From a virus: a stretch of DNA of 64,000 nucleotides. The stretch is from the IMG/VR virus record IMGVR_UViG_3300046492_000199; one strand, given 5' to 3'. The notes beneath the pieces were generated by a model that did no database searches, had not been told where the DNA came from, and saw only the letters and a program-made list of their open reading frames with translations. Position 1 is the stretch's first letter, and each line of letters opens with the position of its first letter. Below, piece after piece: positions 29,879-39,634 of this stretch. Made by a program: the position numbers and the translations under genes.

Positions 29879-31597
29879 TTAAGAGGCTTCGTAGCACCCG
29901 ATATTTGCAACACCGCCTGCGGATAGGGGATTTCCAAATAAATCAATTGTGCCTAGGTTGATGCTGTACAGTGTGGCAAGGTCTTGACCTGCATTCTTTG
30001 CGGGGGATGAGGACTGCAATTTATAAGCCCCAAGCGCTGCTGCATTGAAACCGCCTATAGTGCCTACAGGAACTGATCCTACAAACAATGGATCACCAGA
30101 TACTGATGTGTTACCACCAGACACAGTCTCCTGAGTGACAAATGCGGCTCGCCATGTACCTAGACTGGAATATGTGGTCGCGCCCCACTTCAACGAGAAT
30201 GTCGCTGTGGTATAATAAAGATTACCGACGAACTTAAAAGTGGTATCCGGCGTAACGTTGTAGGTGTAGATCAATACGCCAGACGATCCAGTAACCCTTA
30301 TTATGTTGTTAGCAAAATAAGTGCTTTTTATGAGGTTGTGCGCCGCGCCGATAAAGTTTACCGCTACGCCGCCAGAAAGGGAAGTCATTATCACATTATT
30401 ATAAATTTTGTTTCCGGTGTGATCGCGGCCTGTCTCATCGTTACCAATTGTGATAGAAGCTTTGCCCACAGAGACGCCGCTAGCTCCTCCATCATTCTCT
30501 GTGATATTGAATCTAATAATATTTCCCTGAAGCGGATATTGGCCATAAGTAGCGCCGTCTTCATAGTTGTAGAGAAGATAACCAGCGCCAACGTTGTCGT
30601 GGCTGTAATTGTATTGTACCACGCAGTCTTTACAACCACCATCAAGATCAAAACCACCGCCATCTGACGTTCCAGCTTCTACGGTGTGAAACGCACTTTC
30701 ATTATACTGAAGCGTAACGGCTTCGCAGTCATAAATCCAGATGCCTACAAGACTTCCGCCTGAGCCTCCGTTGTGATGGACATAATTATATGCAATAAGT
30801 GAATCTTTGGCCTGCCCTAGCAGGATGCCATTACCTGAATGTGAATTTATAATTGCTTTGCTTTTACCGATGCAATTGTAAACCGTATTGTTACCTACAT
30901 AAGCATTGATGACCGTGGGAGGAACAGCGGCTAGTCCGTAGGTGTTCAGAGATTGTAGCGTGATGCCACAGCCTTGATAAGTGGTGGCGTTGCCGGTGCA
31001 ATCATGGACAACATTGCCTGTGATCACAATTCCATCAAAGCCTGAGCCAGACACATCAGAAGGATTTCCCCAACCAGAGATACCGTTGTTGCCGTATTGC
31101 GATACGATATTATTGATGATCGAAACGCCAAGTAGTTTGACGTTGCCTGTAAGCGTATTCTCAAAATAAATACCAGAACCTGTACCGACTAGAGTGCCGG
31201 TGCCACGAAGGTCTAGATCGCGGATAGTTACGTATTGAGGATTAATTGCATACACGCCGTGATGGGCATTGGTAGACGCTTGGATAATTGCTTTACCAGA
31301 GCCATAAGAACCGAAAACAGTAACTGAGCCCTTTACGCCAAAGTGTTGACCAGCAGTTAGGGTAAGCTGCCCGCTAAATGTAGCACCACCTTTAAAAAGT
31401 ACCCAAGCCCCTGCCGGGATAGTTGCGCCACTCACTTTGGAAAGAGTTTGCCAAGGTGTGGAAGGCGATGTTCCGCTATTTGTATCTGATCCGGCTGGAT
31501 CAACATAATAAATAATATTAGGTTGAGACACGCCTTTCTTAGAAGCGCCAGCGCTAGAAGTAATTGTATTATTTGTTTTTCTTCTACCTAAAGGCAT
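29879..31597 (-). CDS. right-handed beta-helix protein (putative depolymerase), copy B
   Basis: Collinear paralogue of 28130-29836 (DGGGFDLDGG, YKLQSSSPAKNAGQ). Confidence 0.8.
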   Translation of the reverse strand: MPLGRRKTNNTITSSAGASKKGVSQPNIIYYVDPAGSDTNSGTSPSTPWQTLSKVSGATIPAGAWVLFKGGATFSGQLTLTAGQHFGVKGSVTVFGSYGSGKAIIQASTNAHHGVYAINPQYVTIRDLDLRGTGTLVGTGSGIYFENTLTGNVKLLGVSIINNIVSQYGNNGISGWGNPSDVSGSGFDGIVITGNVVHDCTGNATTYQGCGITLQSLNTYGLAAVPPTVINAYVGNNTVYNCIGKSKAIINSHSGNGILLGQAKDSLIAYNYVHHNGGSGGSLVGIWIYDCEAVTLQYNESAFHTVEAGTSDGGGFDLDGGCKDCVVQYNYSHDNVGAGYLLYNYEDGATYGQYPLQGNIIRFNITENDGGASGVSVGKASITIGNDETGRDHTGNKIYNNVIMTSLSGGVAVNFIGAAHNLIKSTYFANNIIRVTGSSGVLIYTYNVTPDTTFKFVGNLYYTTATFSLKWGATTYSSLGTWRAAFVTQETVSGGNTSVSGDPLFVGSVPVGTIGGFNAAALGAYKLQSSSPAKNAGQDLATLYSINLGTIDLFGNPLSAGGVANIGCYEAS

Positions 31598-31652
31598 AGT
31601 GGTCTTTCTTTAATTGTTATTAGAAGTTTAATAACATAAATTTTTAAAAAAG

Positions 31653-32084
31653 TCAAGAAACTTCTTCGTCGCGCCTAAAAGGAATGCGAACCACAACTCT
31701 ATCTGCACCGCGTTCCTGTCCAACTACCAAATTGCTTGCTGTTTTAAATACTAAAGTACCAGCTGTTGTTGTCGGAATATTTGAACGGCGATATATTTTA
31801 CCAAGGTAATCCGCTACGTCATTTTGCTTCTTCGTGCCGCTATCTAACGGTGTCACAACATCGAACTGTAAAATTCCGACATGCCTATCGACTTGTCTCG
31901 TATTCGTTAATTGGGCTTGAATGGAATCTCCGTGGATGATAGAGAGGCGGATGTAGGTCTTGTCATCTGGCGTTTCAAAGGATTGATTCGGGTATTGAAT
32001 CGGTACATCTGGAAAGGCTGCGATGAAGCCAGACGAAATTAGCTTTTCTGTAATGGCTTTACGAACTTCATCTAAAGCTGACAT
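31653..32084 (-). CDS. tail terminator/completion protein
   Basis: YPNQSF.TP, GILQFDVVTP; last neck gene. Confidence 0.7.
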   Translation of the reverse strand: MSALDEVRKAITEKLISSGFIAAFPDVPIQYPNQSFETPDDKTYIRLSIIHGDSIQAQLTNTRQVDRHVGILQFDVVTPLDSGTKKQNDVADYLGKIYRRSNIPTTTAGTLVFKTASNLVVGQERGADRVVVRIPFRRDEEVS

Positions 32085-32566
32085 TATAAACTCCTTGCCT
32101 CCAATCGAGCCAAGACCTGTTCCATGGTGATGCCAAACATCCCGTTAGGGCTACGTGAGACAAAGGGATCACCCGGCAAAAGCCCAGCTTCAAGACCAGA
32201 AACACTATCTGCGTTGTTGCTGATGTAAATTTTTACAAATGGTTTATCTGGATTAACTATTAAATTAGAAAGTGACGTTTCCGCCGCTTTCTCATTTGCT
32301 GGTCGTCTAGGTTCCACGCCTAGAGGAAGATTATTGGTTTGACCAGTAGGCCCGCTTTCGATAGGATCGAACACGGTTGAGGAAGGTGTGTTCATGGTTA
32401 AGATATAATTTCTAACCGTAGTACCTTCGTGGACCGGCGTTTTTGACATTAGCGTCTTGTGCGTATAACGCGCTATTCTGTCCAAACGCTTGGCAAAATC
32501 CTTTTTCCATTTGGGAAAATAGGAATTAAGCTGATCTTTAAATTGTGGAATGTTAGATTTAAACAT
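32084..32566 (-). CDS. neck protein (HK97 gp10-like)
   Basis: TPVHEGT, IYISNNA, SPNGMFGIT; position. Confidence 0.65.
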   Translation of the reverse strand: MFKSNIPQFKDQLNSYFPKWKKDFAKRLDRIARYTHKTLMSKTPVHEGTTVRNYILTMNTPSSTVFDPIESGPTGQTNNLPLGVEPRRPANEKAAETSLSNLIVNPDKPFVKIYISNNADSVSGLEAGLLPGDPFVSRSPNGMFGITMEQVLARLEARSL

Positions 32567-32937
32567 TAAGCTTTTCTACACTGAAGAATCCAAACGCTGT
32601 CACCCGGAACGCTTTTTACAATTCTAACTGTCCAACGGAGATTTCTGTCATCGAGAAAATAATCATTTTCTTTAGGTACTACTCCGTTTAAATCTTTGTT
32701 TGCAATAATAAACTTTGCATCCTTGTCTACAATAATTGAATCATTAATTTCTTCAGCCTTGTAGCGAGCCTTAACAGCTTTGACGACTGTCTGAGTATCT
32801 GTACTAATTTCAGCATCATTAATTGGATCGTAAGTGACATTAAGGCCTTTAGAGACATACGTTATTTGAATTGGTATGTCTCCAAGAATTTTAATTGCTG
32901 AAGAAACAAGATTGTTTAGTGAACCTTTTAAGGCCAT
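32566..32937 (-). CDS. head-closure protein
   Basis: YDPIND...GD-like motifs; position between adaptor and neck genes. Confidence 0.6.
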   Translation of the reverse strand: MALKGSLNNLVSSAIKILGDIPIQITYVSKGLNVTYDPINDAEISTDTQTVVKAVKARYKAEEINDSIIVDKDAKFIIANKDLNGVVPKENDYFLDDRNLRWTVRIVKSVPGDSVWILQCRKA

Positions 32938-32940
32938 TGC

Positions 32941-33456
32941 TTAGCTCCTTCTGATTTTAGCTACTGTAGTTGCGCCGCCCTTTATTCTTCCAATTCCAAA
33001 AATGAGATCGTTGATATAACTAGGTACTTCGGCCAGTCTGTAACTTTTATCAAATTCAAGTTCAATAACGTCAACAACGATTTTCGTTAAGCCATCAGTT
33101 TCTTGCTCAACTGTTCTATCATTCTCGATAAGAAACCTTGCGTATTGAGCCGTGGCTTGCTTTAATTGCTTAGGCACCACATTTGACGGAATTGTAACAT
33201 TGTCTCTATCCACAGTGTATTTGCGGGGCCAACGTAATGCAGAAGTGGGATAGGCTTTCTGCCCATCCCAATCTGCTTTGGTGTCTAAAAGACTTGTAGC
33301 CCATGCAAGAAGATATTGCTTGCTAGTATCATTCAAAGCTTCCCAAGCAGTATTATGAATGTTAGTAACAAGAATATCGTTAGCTTCGGATAGCGAGACA
33401 TAGGAAGTGGCATTCGGTAATCCGGTGCCATCCTCAACAACGAACGCGAACGCCAT
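32941..33456 (-). CDS. head-tail adaptor (DnaT-like family)
   Basis: MAFAFVVEDGTGLPNATSYVS, QKAYPTSALRWPR, IPSNVVPKQLKQA; start reassigned to 33456. Confidence 0.75.
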   Translation of the reverse strand: MAFAFVVEDGTGLPNATSYVSLSEANDILVTNIHNTAWEALNDTSKQYLLAWATSLLDTKADWDGQKAYPTSALRWPRKYTVDRDNVTIPSNVVPKQLKQATAQYARFLIENDRTVEQETDGLTKIVVDVIELEFDKSYRLAEVPSYINDLIFGIGRIKGGATTVAKIRRS

Positions 33457-33460
33457 GATT

Positions 33461-34189
33461 TCATCCTTTTTGTTTTTCTTTATTGAAAGCGCCGACCCAT
33501 TCTTTTGCATTAGCAGAACGGACAACATCTTCCTCGGTAAACTCGACCACGGCAGGGCTTAGGTCATATTCGTAAATAATATCTACGATTTTCTCTAATC
33601 CGCTGTCAGGAATATCAACCTGATCTATGTCGCCATTGACAATCGTTAGGCTGTTTTCCCCGATACGAGTCAGGAACAGTTTAAGATCGGCGTAGGTGCA
33701 GTTCTGAGCCTCGTCTAGAATAATGACAGCGTCGTTAAAAGTACGACCTCTCATGTGCTCAAAACTCAGGAATTCAATTCGGCCTAAGTTTTTTAATTTA
33801 TCAACATCAGCTGGTGAAACTTCATCAGCGAAAGAAGCTAGAATGGGAACAAGCCATGGTCTTAATTTGGCTTCCAGATTTCCCGGTAGAAATCCTAACT
33901 CGTGTCTCTTCTGAGCCACTGTAGGTCTTGCAATAATTAATTTTTCGTATTTGTTTTCGACTAGTTTGCGGATCGCGAAGCGTGAAGCTAGATAGGTCTT
34001 ACCAGTACCTGCGCCTCCAATGGCGAAAACTTGTGTCTCAGTATTTAGGCATTCAAGATAAAATTTTTGTGTTTCAGTCTTTGGCGTTAGAGGCCTTTTT
34101 GTTTTTTGTTCCGTTCTAATGTCTTTCGTATCCCTACGGGCACGACGTTTTTCAGATTTGGTTAGTGAAGCGGAATGTTCTTGAACCAC
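33461..34189 (-). CDS. phoH: PhoH-like ATPase
   Basis: GGAGTGKT, LGFLPGNL, EHMRGRTF, ILDEAQN, FLTRIGENS, NGDIDQVD. Confidence 0.95.
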   Translation of the reverse strand: MVQEHSASLTKSEKRRARRDTKDIRTEQKTKRPLTPKTETQKFYLECLNTETQVFAIGGAGTGKTYLASRFAIRKLVENKYEKLIIARPTVAQKRHELGFLPGNLEAKLRPWLVPILASFADEVSPADVDKLKNLGRIEFLSFEHMRGRTFNDAVIILDEAQNCTYADLKLFLTRIGENSLTIVNGDIDQVDIPDSGLEKIVDIIYEYDLSPAVVEFTEEDVVRSANAKEWVGAFNKEKQKG

Positions 34190-34256
34190 TATGGGATTAC
34201 CTTATTTCATTTATTATTATTATTTTTAGTTTGGTAGAGTAACCCGAAAATTTTAA

Positions 34257-34475
34257 TTATGAACCAATTATTTTATCCTTGAAAAAATCCCACAAGTAAA
34301 ACCAAGCTGCTACAACTGCGGCAGCACTTAATAGGATTGTTTTAATATAACGACTAACCACATTCATGGCTTCGTCTCTTTCAATCATTGTCATCATTCT
34401 GCGATAATCTTTCGCTCGCATCTTTACGACAATAAGTTCTTCATCCTTGAAAAGATCGTTATTTACGTCTGACAT
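34257..34475 (-). CDS. small single-TM protein (possible holin)
   Basis: 72 aa with C-terminal hydrophobic helix; holin role is inference only. Confidence 0.55.
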   Translation of the reverse strand: MSDVNNDLFKDEELIVVKMRAKDYRRMMTMIERDEAMNVVSRYIKTILLSAAAVVAAWFYLWDFFKDKIIGS

Positions 34476-34500
34476 GGCAAACCCTTAACCCCTTGAAATA

Positions 34501-34526
34501 AAAAGAGCCACAATCAATGTGGCTCT
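34501..34526 (-). terminator. intrinsic terminator
   Basis: AGAGCCACA-atcaa-TGTGGCTCT with T tract on - strand. Confidence 0.7.
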
Positions 34527-34580
34527 GAGTTGTTCACCACGATATTACATGGTAAAAATAAATTGTTATTTTTATTTTTA

Positions 34581-34931
34581 TTATGACTTCTTCTTGCGGC
34601 CACGGACAGCAGGAGCAGGGGTGGGAACTTCTTCCTTAACTTCTACTTCTTCTTCCTTGACAGCTTCGACAACTTCAGATACTTCGTCTTCAACGACTTC
34701 TGAAACTTTTTCTTCTTGAACTTCGGCAACAGGGGCTTCTACTACAGGAGCCTCAATAACAGGTTCAGAAATTACGACAGGCTCTTTAACTTCGACAACA
34801 TCAAAGATTGCTGTATCCGTGTGTGGCTTATCGTAGCTCCAACCAGCATGCACTACTAGATCACGCGCGTTAACGGGTGAGTTTTCGAACATTTCGCCAG
34901 AGGGGGCGTATACTTTTACCAATTCAGACAT
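34581..34931 (-). CDS. acidic Glu/Val/Pro-rich hypothetical protein
   Basis: Low-complexity acidic body, basic C-terminal RGRKKKS. Confidence 0.7.
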   Translation of the reverse strand: MSELVKVYAPSGEMFENSPVNARDLVVHAGWSYDKPHTDTAIFDVVEVKEPVVISEPVIEAPVVEAPVAEVQEEKVSEVVEDEVSEVVEAVKEEEVEVKEEVPTPAPAVRGRKKKS

Positions 34932-34957
34932 TATCTCTTCTTTCAGGGTTTAGAAGA

Positions 34958-34985
34958 TTAAAGTCTCATTTTATTGAGACTTTAA
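34958..34985. terminator. hairpin/terminator
   Basis: TTAAAGTCTCA-6 nt-TGAGACTTTAA. Confidence 0.55.
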
Positions 34986-34988
34986 TAA

Positions 34989-35429
34989 TTAACCAACGAT
35001 AGGAGCAAGATATGCGTCGTAGTCGAGGATTGGGGTTGTACCAGCGAGCGTGGTGTTGATACGGATGAAGGCAGCGTTAGAAACGAGCTTCTTAACTGTG
35101 TCCATATCGAGCAGGATGGTGTAAGCACCAACCGCAGTTACGCCAGCGAGCGTACCAACAACTGTGTATGAACCGCCAACTAGGTTGGAAACTTCAACAG
35201 TGAAGGTGTAGGTTTCGTCCGCAGTGGTGCGGTCGATTGTCTTAACAATGATGTTAACTGCCATAACCTGATAAGGTGTAATACCCGAGTTCCAGTAAGC
35301 AGCACCGTTGTTAAGGGAAACGCCTGTTTCAGCGGTTGACGCCGTAATCTGAGCAGCAGAAGTAGCACGAAGTGTTACAGCAGCAGCCTTGTCAACTAGA
35401 AACTTTACTTTAGAATTCATGTTAGCCAT
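34989..35429 (-). CDS. probable head decoration protein
   Basis: 146 aa beta-rich protein directly after the major capsid gene. Confidence 0.55.
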   Translation of the reverse strand: MANMNSKVKFLVDKAAAVTLRATSAAQITASTAETGVSLNNGAAYWNSGITPYQVMAVNIIVKTIDRTTADETYTFTVEVSNLVGGSYTVVGTLAGVTAVGAYTILLDMDTVKKLVSNAAFIRINTTLAGTTPILDYDAYLAPIVG

Positions 35430-35454
35430 TTTAATTCTCCTAAATGGTTGTATT

Positions 35455-35487
35455 TAAAGTCAAGTCAGAGATTGCTCTGACTTGACT
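35455..35487 (-). terminator. terminator after major capsid gene
   Basis: 13-bp perfect IR AGTCAAGTCAGAG-attg-CTCTGACTTGACT. Confidence 0.75.
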
Positions 35488-35504
35488 ATTGTCTCTAGTT
35501 GATA

Positions 35505-36437
35505 TTAGAGAGTTACGTTAGCGTTTGTGATGCCCCAAAGACGAGCAGCGGCGCGACCGTGTTCAACAACCATACCGACGTACCACTCAACGCGAGTACG
35601 GTAGACCGGAGCCGTGTCAAGTTCGCCAATATCCTTAACGTCAATAAAGCCGTTCTGGATACCCTTGATCTTGCCGGGGCCGATTGAAAGAACGTAGATC
35701 GAGCTAGCGGTTGAACCACCACCCGGACCAGCTTCGTTGAAGCCAACCATACGAGAACCAGATTCATCGTAATCTGCGATGAGGATCGGAAGACCGTTGT
35801 AGTAAGCAACGCGCTGACCAAATTCGTTAATGTCGAACATGAAGTCGCCACCAATGCCAGCACGAACAGCTGTTGAAAGCTTGTTACGCATAGTCTTGGA
35901 CATTAGGAGGTGAGTAGGAGCATCAACACGGTCAATAGCTTCGTCAAGCGCTTCAAGAGAAAGCGGCGAGTTCGAAGAAGGAGCGGTTAGGTTAGCAGGT
36001 ACAAGCTGATCGCCAGTGATACGCTTGCGAAGGCCGTCAAACTCAAGCTCAGAGTTAAGTTCAGAGTCACCGTTGATCATCTTGTTCATGATCGCGAGCG
36101 AAAGTGCCTTAACCTTCATAGCTTCTTGCTGTGAACGAACGTCAGCGCCACGAGTAGCGATAAGGAACTTATCGACGTCGAGATCACCGCCAGCGATACG
36201 AAGAGCTTCGGTGCGCTGGTTCAGGATGCCTGTTGATTCGGTGTAAGCAGCATTAACGCCACGGAAACCAACACCCGGAAGAGCGTGCTCTTCAGTATAT
36301 GTGTATGAACCACCAGCAATATTTTCGAAAGGAAGAACGCGCAGTAGATCGGCGTTCATTGCGAACATTTCAACAATAGCGGAACGCTTTACGTCGCCAT
36401 CGTTAAGTTTATTTGCTTCTAAAAGCGTAAGTGCCAT
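35505..36437 (-). CDS. major capsid protein
   Basis: 310 aa; FRGVN, GGDLDVDKF, EFDGLRKR, RTRVEWY; follows scaffold; strong codon bias. Confidence 0.88.
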   Translation of the reverse strand: MALTLLEANKLNDGDVKRSAIVEMFAMNADLLRVLPFENIAGGSYTYTEEHALPGVGFRGVNAAYTESTGILNQRTEALRIAGGDLDVDKFLIATRGADVRSQQEAMKVKALSLAIMNKMINGDSELNSELEFDGLRKRITGDQLVPANLTAPSSNSPLSLEALDEAIDRVDAPTHLLMSKTMRNKLSTAVRAGIGGDFMFDINEFGQRVAYYNGLPILIADYDESGSRMVGFNEAGPGGGSTASSIYVLSIGPGKIKGIQNGFIDVKDIGELDTAPVYRTRVEWYVGMVVEHGRAAARLWGITNANVTL

Positions 36438-36586
36438 GGGAATTCTCCTTGTAGGCCATTTTGTTGTTTTTAAAAATTCAGTTTCTTGGGCTGTAGTTTT
36501 TTAAACTTGGGGAACTTCCCTAAAGATTTTCCCCGTACACAGCCGTTACGAGGAGTTGTTTTATGTCCTGTCAAGGAGATTAGGCT

Positions 36587-37360
36587 TTACTTAAGAGCCT
36601 TCTTGTTTGCTAGCTCAAGGCGTTGCATCGGAGAAAGTTTATTAAGTTCTTCCCTAGTCATACCATAACCAGTCATATTACCGCCGTTAGCACCGCCGCC
36701 GTTGGATTCCTTAAAGAGGTAAGGCATCGTTTTCTGAAGAGACTTCATCCATTCTACAGGTGACATTGGCGTAGCGCCGTCCGAACCGTAAATCGTTGAG
36801 TCACCATTCTTCGGAATGATCTTTTCACCGTCTATTTTAAATACTTTGCGAGCTTCAAGAAGAATGTGAGATTCAGCTTCGGCACGAGCACCAGACTTAG
36901 GATCATGGATAGCAGAGCGAATGAAATTATCGATCTGGACGCCCTTGAGTTGTTCTGTTACCGTTTCGTACTGGTTCTTCCATGTCGAACCTTCATTCGC
37001 TAGGCGACGAAGTTCTTCTTCATGGGTCTCACGCATTTTCTTTGTACGTTCTGACAGAACTTCTTCGATCTTACCTGACTCAGAAAGTGTACCGTCGTCT
37101 ACACGCTGCTTTGTGGTACGAAGTTCTTTAAGTTCAGCAACGAACTTATCTTCATCATCACCAACAACTTTGGCTAGCTTCTCTACGCGCTTGGCTAGAT
37201 CGTCTTTTTCCTTAGCGAGCTTTACATTGTTCTCGCGGAATTCATCAATCTTGACTTTCGGTACTAGATTGAGAACGAACTTTCCGTCGTCGCGCTTCTT
37301 GGCTTCAGCATGTAGTTCCTCTGGAACCTGTTCAATTACGTCAAAAAGAAATTCTGGCAT
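36587..37360 (-). CDS. capsid scaffolding protein
   Basis: Coiled-coil, PYLFKESNGGGANG, MQRLELA C-terminus; between portal and capsid. Confidence 0.75.
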   Translation of the reverse strand: MPEFLFDVIEQVPEELHAEAKKRDDGKFVLNLVPKVKIDEFRENNVKLAKEKDDLAKRVEKLAKVVGDDEDKFVAELKELRTTKQRVDDGTLSESGKIEEVLSERTKKMRETHEEELRRLANEGSTWKNQYETVTEQLKGVQIDNFIRSAIHDPKSGARAEAESHILLEARKVFKIDGEKIIPKNGDSTIYGSDGATPMSPVEWMKSLQKTMPYLFKESNGGGANGGNMTGYGMTREELNKLSPMQRLELANKKALK

Positions 37361-37476
37361 GTGTACATCTCCGATGTATTTTTAAGTATTTAAAATAAAA
37401 GGTCGCGCTGCAACTCTTTACCTAGACCATCTTGGCTAGGGTTTGTTTTGGCTTTAAACTTTAATAAATTAAAATT

Positions 37477-37620
37477 TTAGGCCTTGTCGGGATCATTAAC
37501 AAGGTCAGTCAACTTTCGTTGCGCCGATCTTCGATCTTTAAAAGGTCCAATTCGAACTACGATATAGGACTCTTGTGTATCTGGATCAGTCTTTACTTCA
37601 GCTAAACCGGTTTGCTTCAT
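37477..37620 (-). CDS. 47-aa hypothetical protein with SPOR-like motif (not in ORF track)
   Basis: MKQTGLAEV...YIVVRIGPFKDRRSAQRKL...; directly after a consensus promoter. Confidence 0.55.
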   Translation of the reverse strand: MKQTGLAEVKTDPDTQESYIVVRIGPFKDRRSAQRKLTDLVNDPDKA

Positions 37621-37632
37621 TTTATGTTTCTC

Positions 37633-37661
37633 ATTATATACTAAAAATTTAAAAAAGTCAA
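37633..37661 (-). promoter_or_regulatory. sigma70-type promoter
   Basis: TTGACT-17 nt-TATAAT. Confidence 0.8.
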
Positions 37662-37668
37662 GAAAAAA

Positions 37669-37854
37669 TTATTTAGTCCATTTTTTCGGTGTTTTTATTT
37701 TAACTTTTTCTAGGTATTCTTCTAAACTTTCAAGTTCAATACCAAAAAACGCATCATCTTCGTCGGGCATAGAAAGTTCGAATTCTTTGAGGAGGGAGTC
37801 AATATCATCCACATCCTCAAAGTCAGTGTCAAATTTGCTTGGTTTTCTGGCCAT
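37669..37854 (-). CDS. small acidic hypothetical protein
   Basis: 61 aa, overlaps the portal 3' end. Confidence 0.55.
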   Translation of the reverse strand: MARKPSKFDTDFEDVDDIDSLLKEFELSMPDEDDAFFGIELESLEEYLEKVKIKTPKKWTK

Positions 37855-39448
37855 TGGTACTATTCTTATTTAATTTATTCTGTTGAGCCGTAAAACTTTG
37901 AGTCATTTGAAGCTGGGACTGCGCCGCGCTGCGATCCTTGGCGTTCTCTTCAACTTCTACCTTGGTAGCCGCATCTGGATAACCTTCTAGGCGGGCTTCG
38001 AAGTCTGGATCATTCGGGAACTGGTCAGGATTTTCAAGCATGTTCTTAAATTCATCAACAGTAAGTCCGTCTGGAATGATATCTGTCTTCTGAAGAATAT
38101 CGAAAAGTACGTCGATAGGAATGATGCCGTCTTGATACATCATTGTGAATGCTCTAAATTCACGAGCATCGATCTGAGCAAATAGGAAGTCTTTGTTTAC
38201 TTCTACCGTTGTTGCGATAGAATCAAGGTCTTCGTTCTGCCAATACATCCACCAAGAAAGAAGTCTGGTGAAGCCTTCGTTGAGAACGGTAACGACATTC
38301 AGTAGAAGAGACATTTCGTTTTTCTCTTTTACTTTGACAAGGTTATCCGATTCAGCAACGGCGGTAGACTTAGTGCCAAGCATTCTGCCACCCATGGCAG
38401 AGATGTTAGATTCTTTCTCATCTAGGGCGCGTTCCAAATAGATCAGGCCTTGGCCATTATATTCAGCAATGCCGGGAGCCTTGTCGCCTTCGTATTCCCA
38501 AACGACGTTAGGGCCGACGACATAATCGCCACCCTTATCATTTGCGCTCTTGACTTGGACGTGATAGATCGGAATGGCGGTATAGAAACGACCATGTTCT
38601 AATTGAGCCACTGAGCGATAGTGACTTAAATTCATTAGGGCGATATCTAGAAGAGGTGGCTTCTCAACCTGTGGATTATTGGACAGGGAGCCGAAGAAAA
38701 CAAACGGAATGAAATCGAACGGAACGCCGAGGCGCTTTGGCTCGATAACTTCGGGAGTTTCATCTGTAACAAGTGCTAGATTAAAAAACTTGGTGCGATA
38801 CACGTACTGGCGATACACACCGTCATCGTCAAGACTGAGCTTGCGGTAAACGGCTTTATAGCGCAATGAAGTGGTGCGGAGCACAGGCGCGATAGTGTCT
38901 CTGTCTTCTTCAATCTCGCGAAGCAGGACTTCCTTGAGGACGTATCGCCCATTCTTTTCAACCACGGACCAATCAAGAATGTTCTCAGCGATATAGTTTA
39001 CGAAAAAAGGTGTGCCGTCTCCGTTCTTATCCATATCGAGGAGCACGCCGATGCGGCCCACGTCAAAGATTTGATTCGCTGTGTCACGGATAAACGTGTT
39101 GAGCGAAGTACCATCTTTGGAAATGGACTTGATAGACTTTTCAAATTGTTTGGGGAGGTTTTTTACTTTTGGTTCACGTCTAAAGATTGTGCCTACGAGG
39201 CCATTCGACGTGCGCTGTGTCATGTTGTAGAAATAAGCGCGATCCAAGAAGGCGGCGTATTCGTTGGGGTCTTGGGCTTCCATTCGAGGAAGGTACAGTG
39301 AGCCAGCGTCTTTTACCGCGATTTCACCAAGAATGGTGTCGCGCATCACTTGCCACTTAGATCTCCAATAATTATATTCAGGATGTGACTGAATACTTTC
39401 TTGACCTACGGCGGTTACAACCTGAAGATTTTTATCGTTAATTGCCAA
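37829..39448 (-). CDS. portal protein (DUF4055-like)
   Basis: LPRME, YAAFLDRAYFYN, IPFVFFG, PPLLDIALMNLSHYR. Confidence 0.9.
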   Translation of the reverse strand: MAINDKNLQVVTAVGQESIQSHPEYNYWRSKWQVMRDTILGEIAVKDAGSLYLPRMEAQDPNEYAAFLDRAYFYNMTQRTSNGLVGTIFRREPKVKNLPKQFEKSIKSISKDGTSLNTFIRDTANQIFDVGRIGVLLDMDKNGDGTPFFVNYIAENILDWSVVEKNGRYVLKEVLLREIEEDRDTIAPVLRTTSLRYKAVYRKLSLDDDGVYRQYVYRTKFFNLALVTDETPEVIEPKRLGVPFDFIPFVFFGSLSNNPQVEKPPLLDIALMNLSHYRSVAQLEHGRFYTAIPIYHVQVKSANDKGGDYVVGPNVVWEYEGDKAPGIAEYNGQGLIYLERALDEKESNISAMGGRMLGTKSTAVAESDNLVKVKEKNEMSLLLNVVTVLNEGFTRLLSWWMYWQNEDLDSIATTVEVNKDFLFAQIDAREFRAFTMMYQDGIIPIDVLFDILQKTDIIPDGLTVDEFKNMLENPDQFPNDPDFEARLEGYPDAATKVEVEENAKDRSAAQSQLQMTQSFTAQQNKLNKNSTNGQKTKQI

Positions 39449-39482
39449 TGTATTAATCTTTATTATTTATTATTACATTCAG

Positions 39483-39511
39483 CTTATATCATATAAAAAT
39501 TAAAAAGTCAA
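39483..39511 (-). promoter_or_regulatory. sigma70-type promoter of portal operon
   Basis: TTGACT-17 nt-TATAAG. Confidence 0.65.
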
Positions 39512-39522
39512 GTGAAAAATTA

Positions 39523-39554
39523 AAAAAGTCCAGAAAATTAATTCTGGACTTTTA
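39523..39554 (-). terminator. terminator closing the tRNA array
   Basis: AAAAGTCCAGAA-6 nt-TTCTGGACTTTT. Confidence 0.8.
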
Positions 39555-39558
39555 AAGT

Positions 39559-39634
39559 TGGTGGCCCGCCTCAGATTCGAACTGAGACTGGACGCGTTCT
39601 AAGCGCGTTGCCTCTGCCTTTGGGCTAGCGGGCC
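39559..39634 (-). tRNA. tRNA-Leu(TAG), short variable region
   Basis: Cloverleaf GGCCCGC/GCGGGCC, loop CT-TAG-AA, encoded CCA. Confidence 0.9.
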
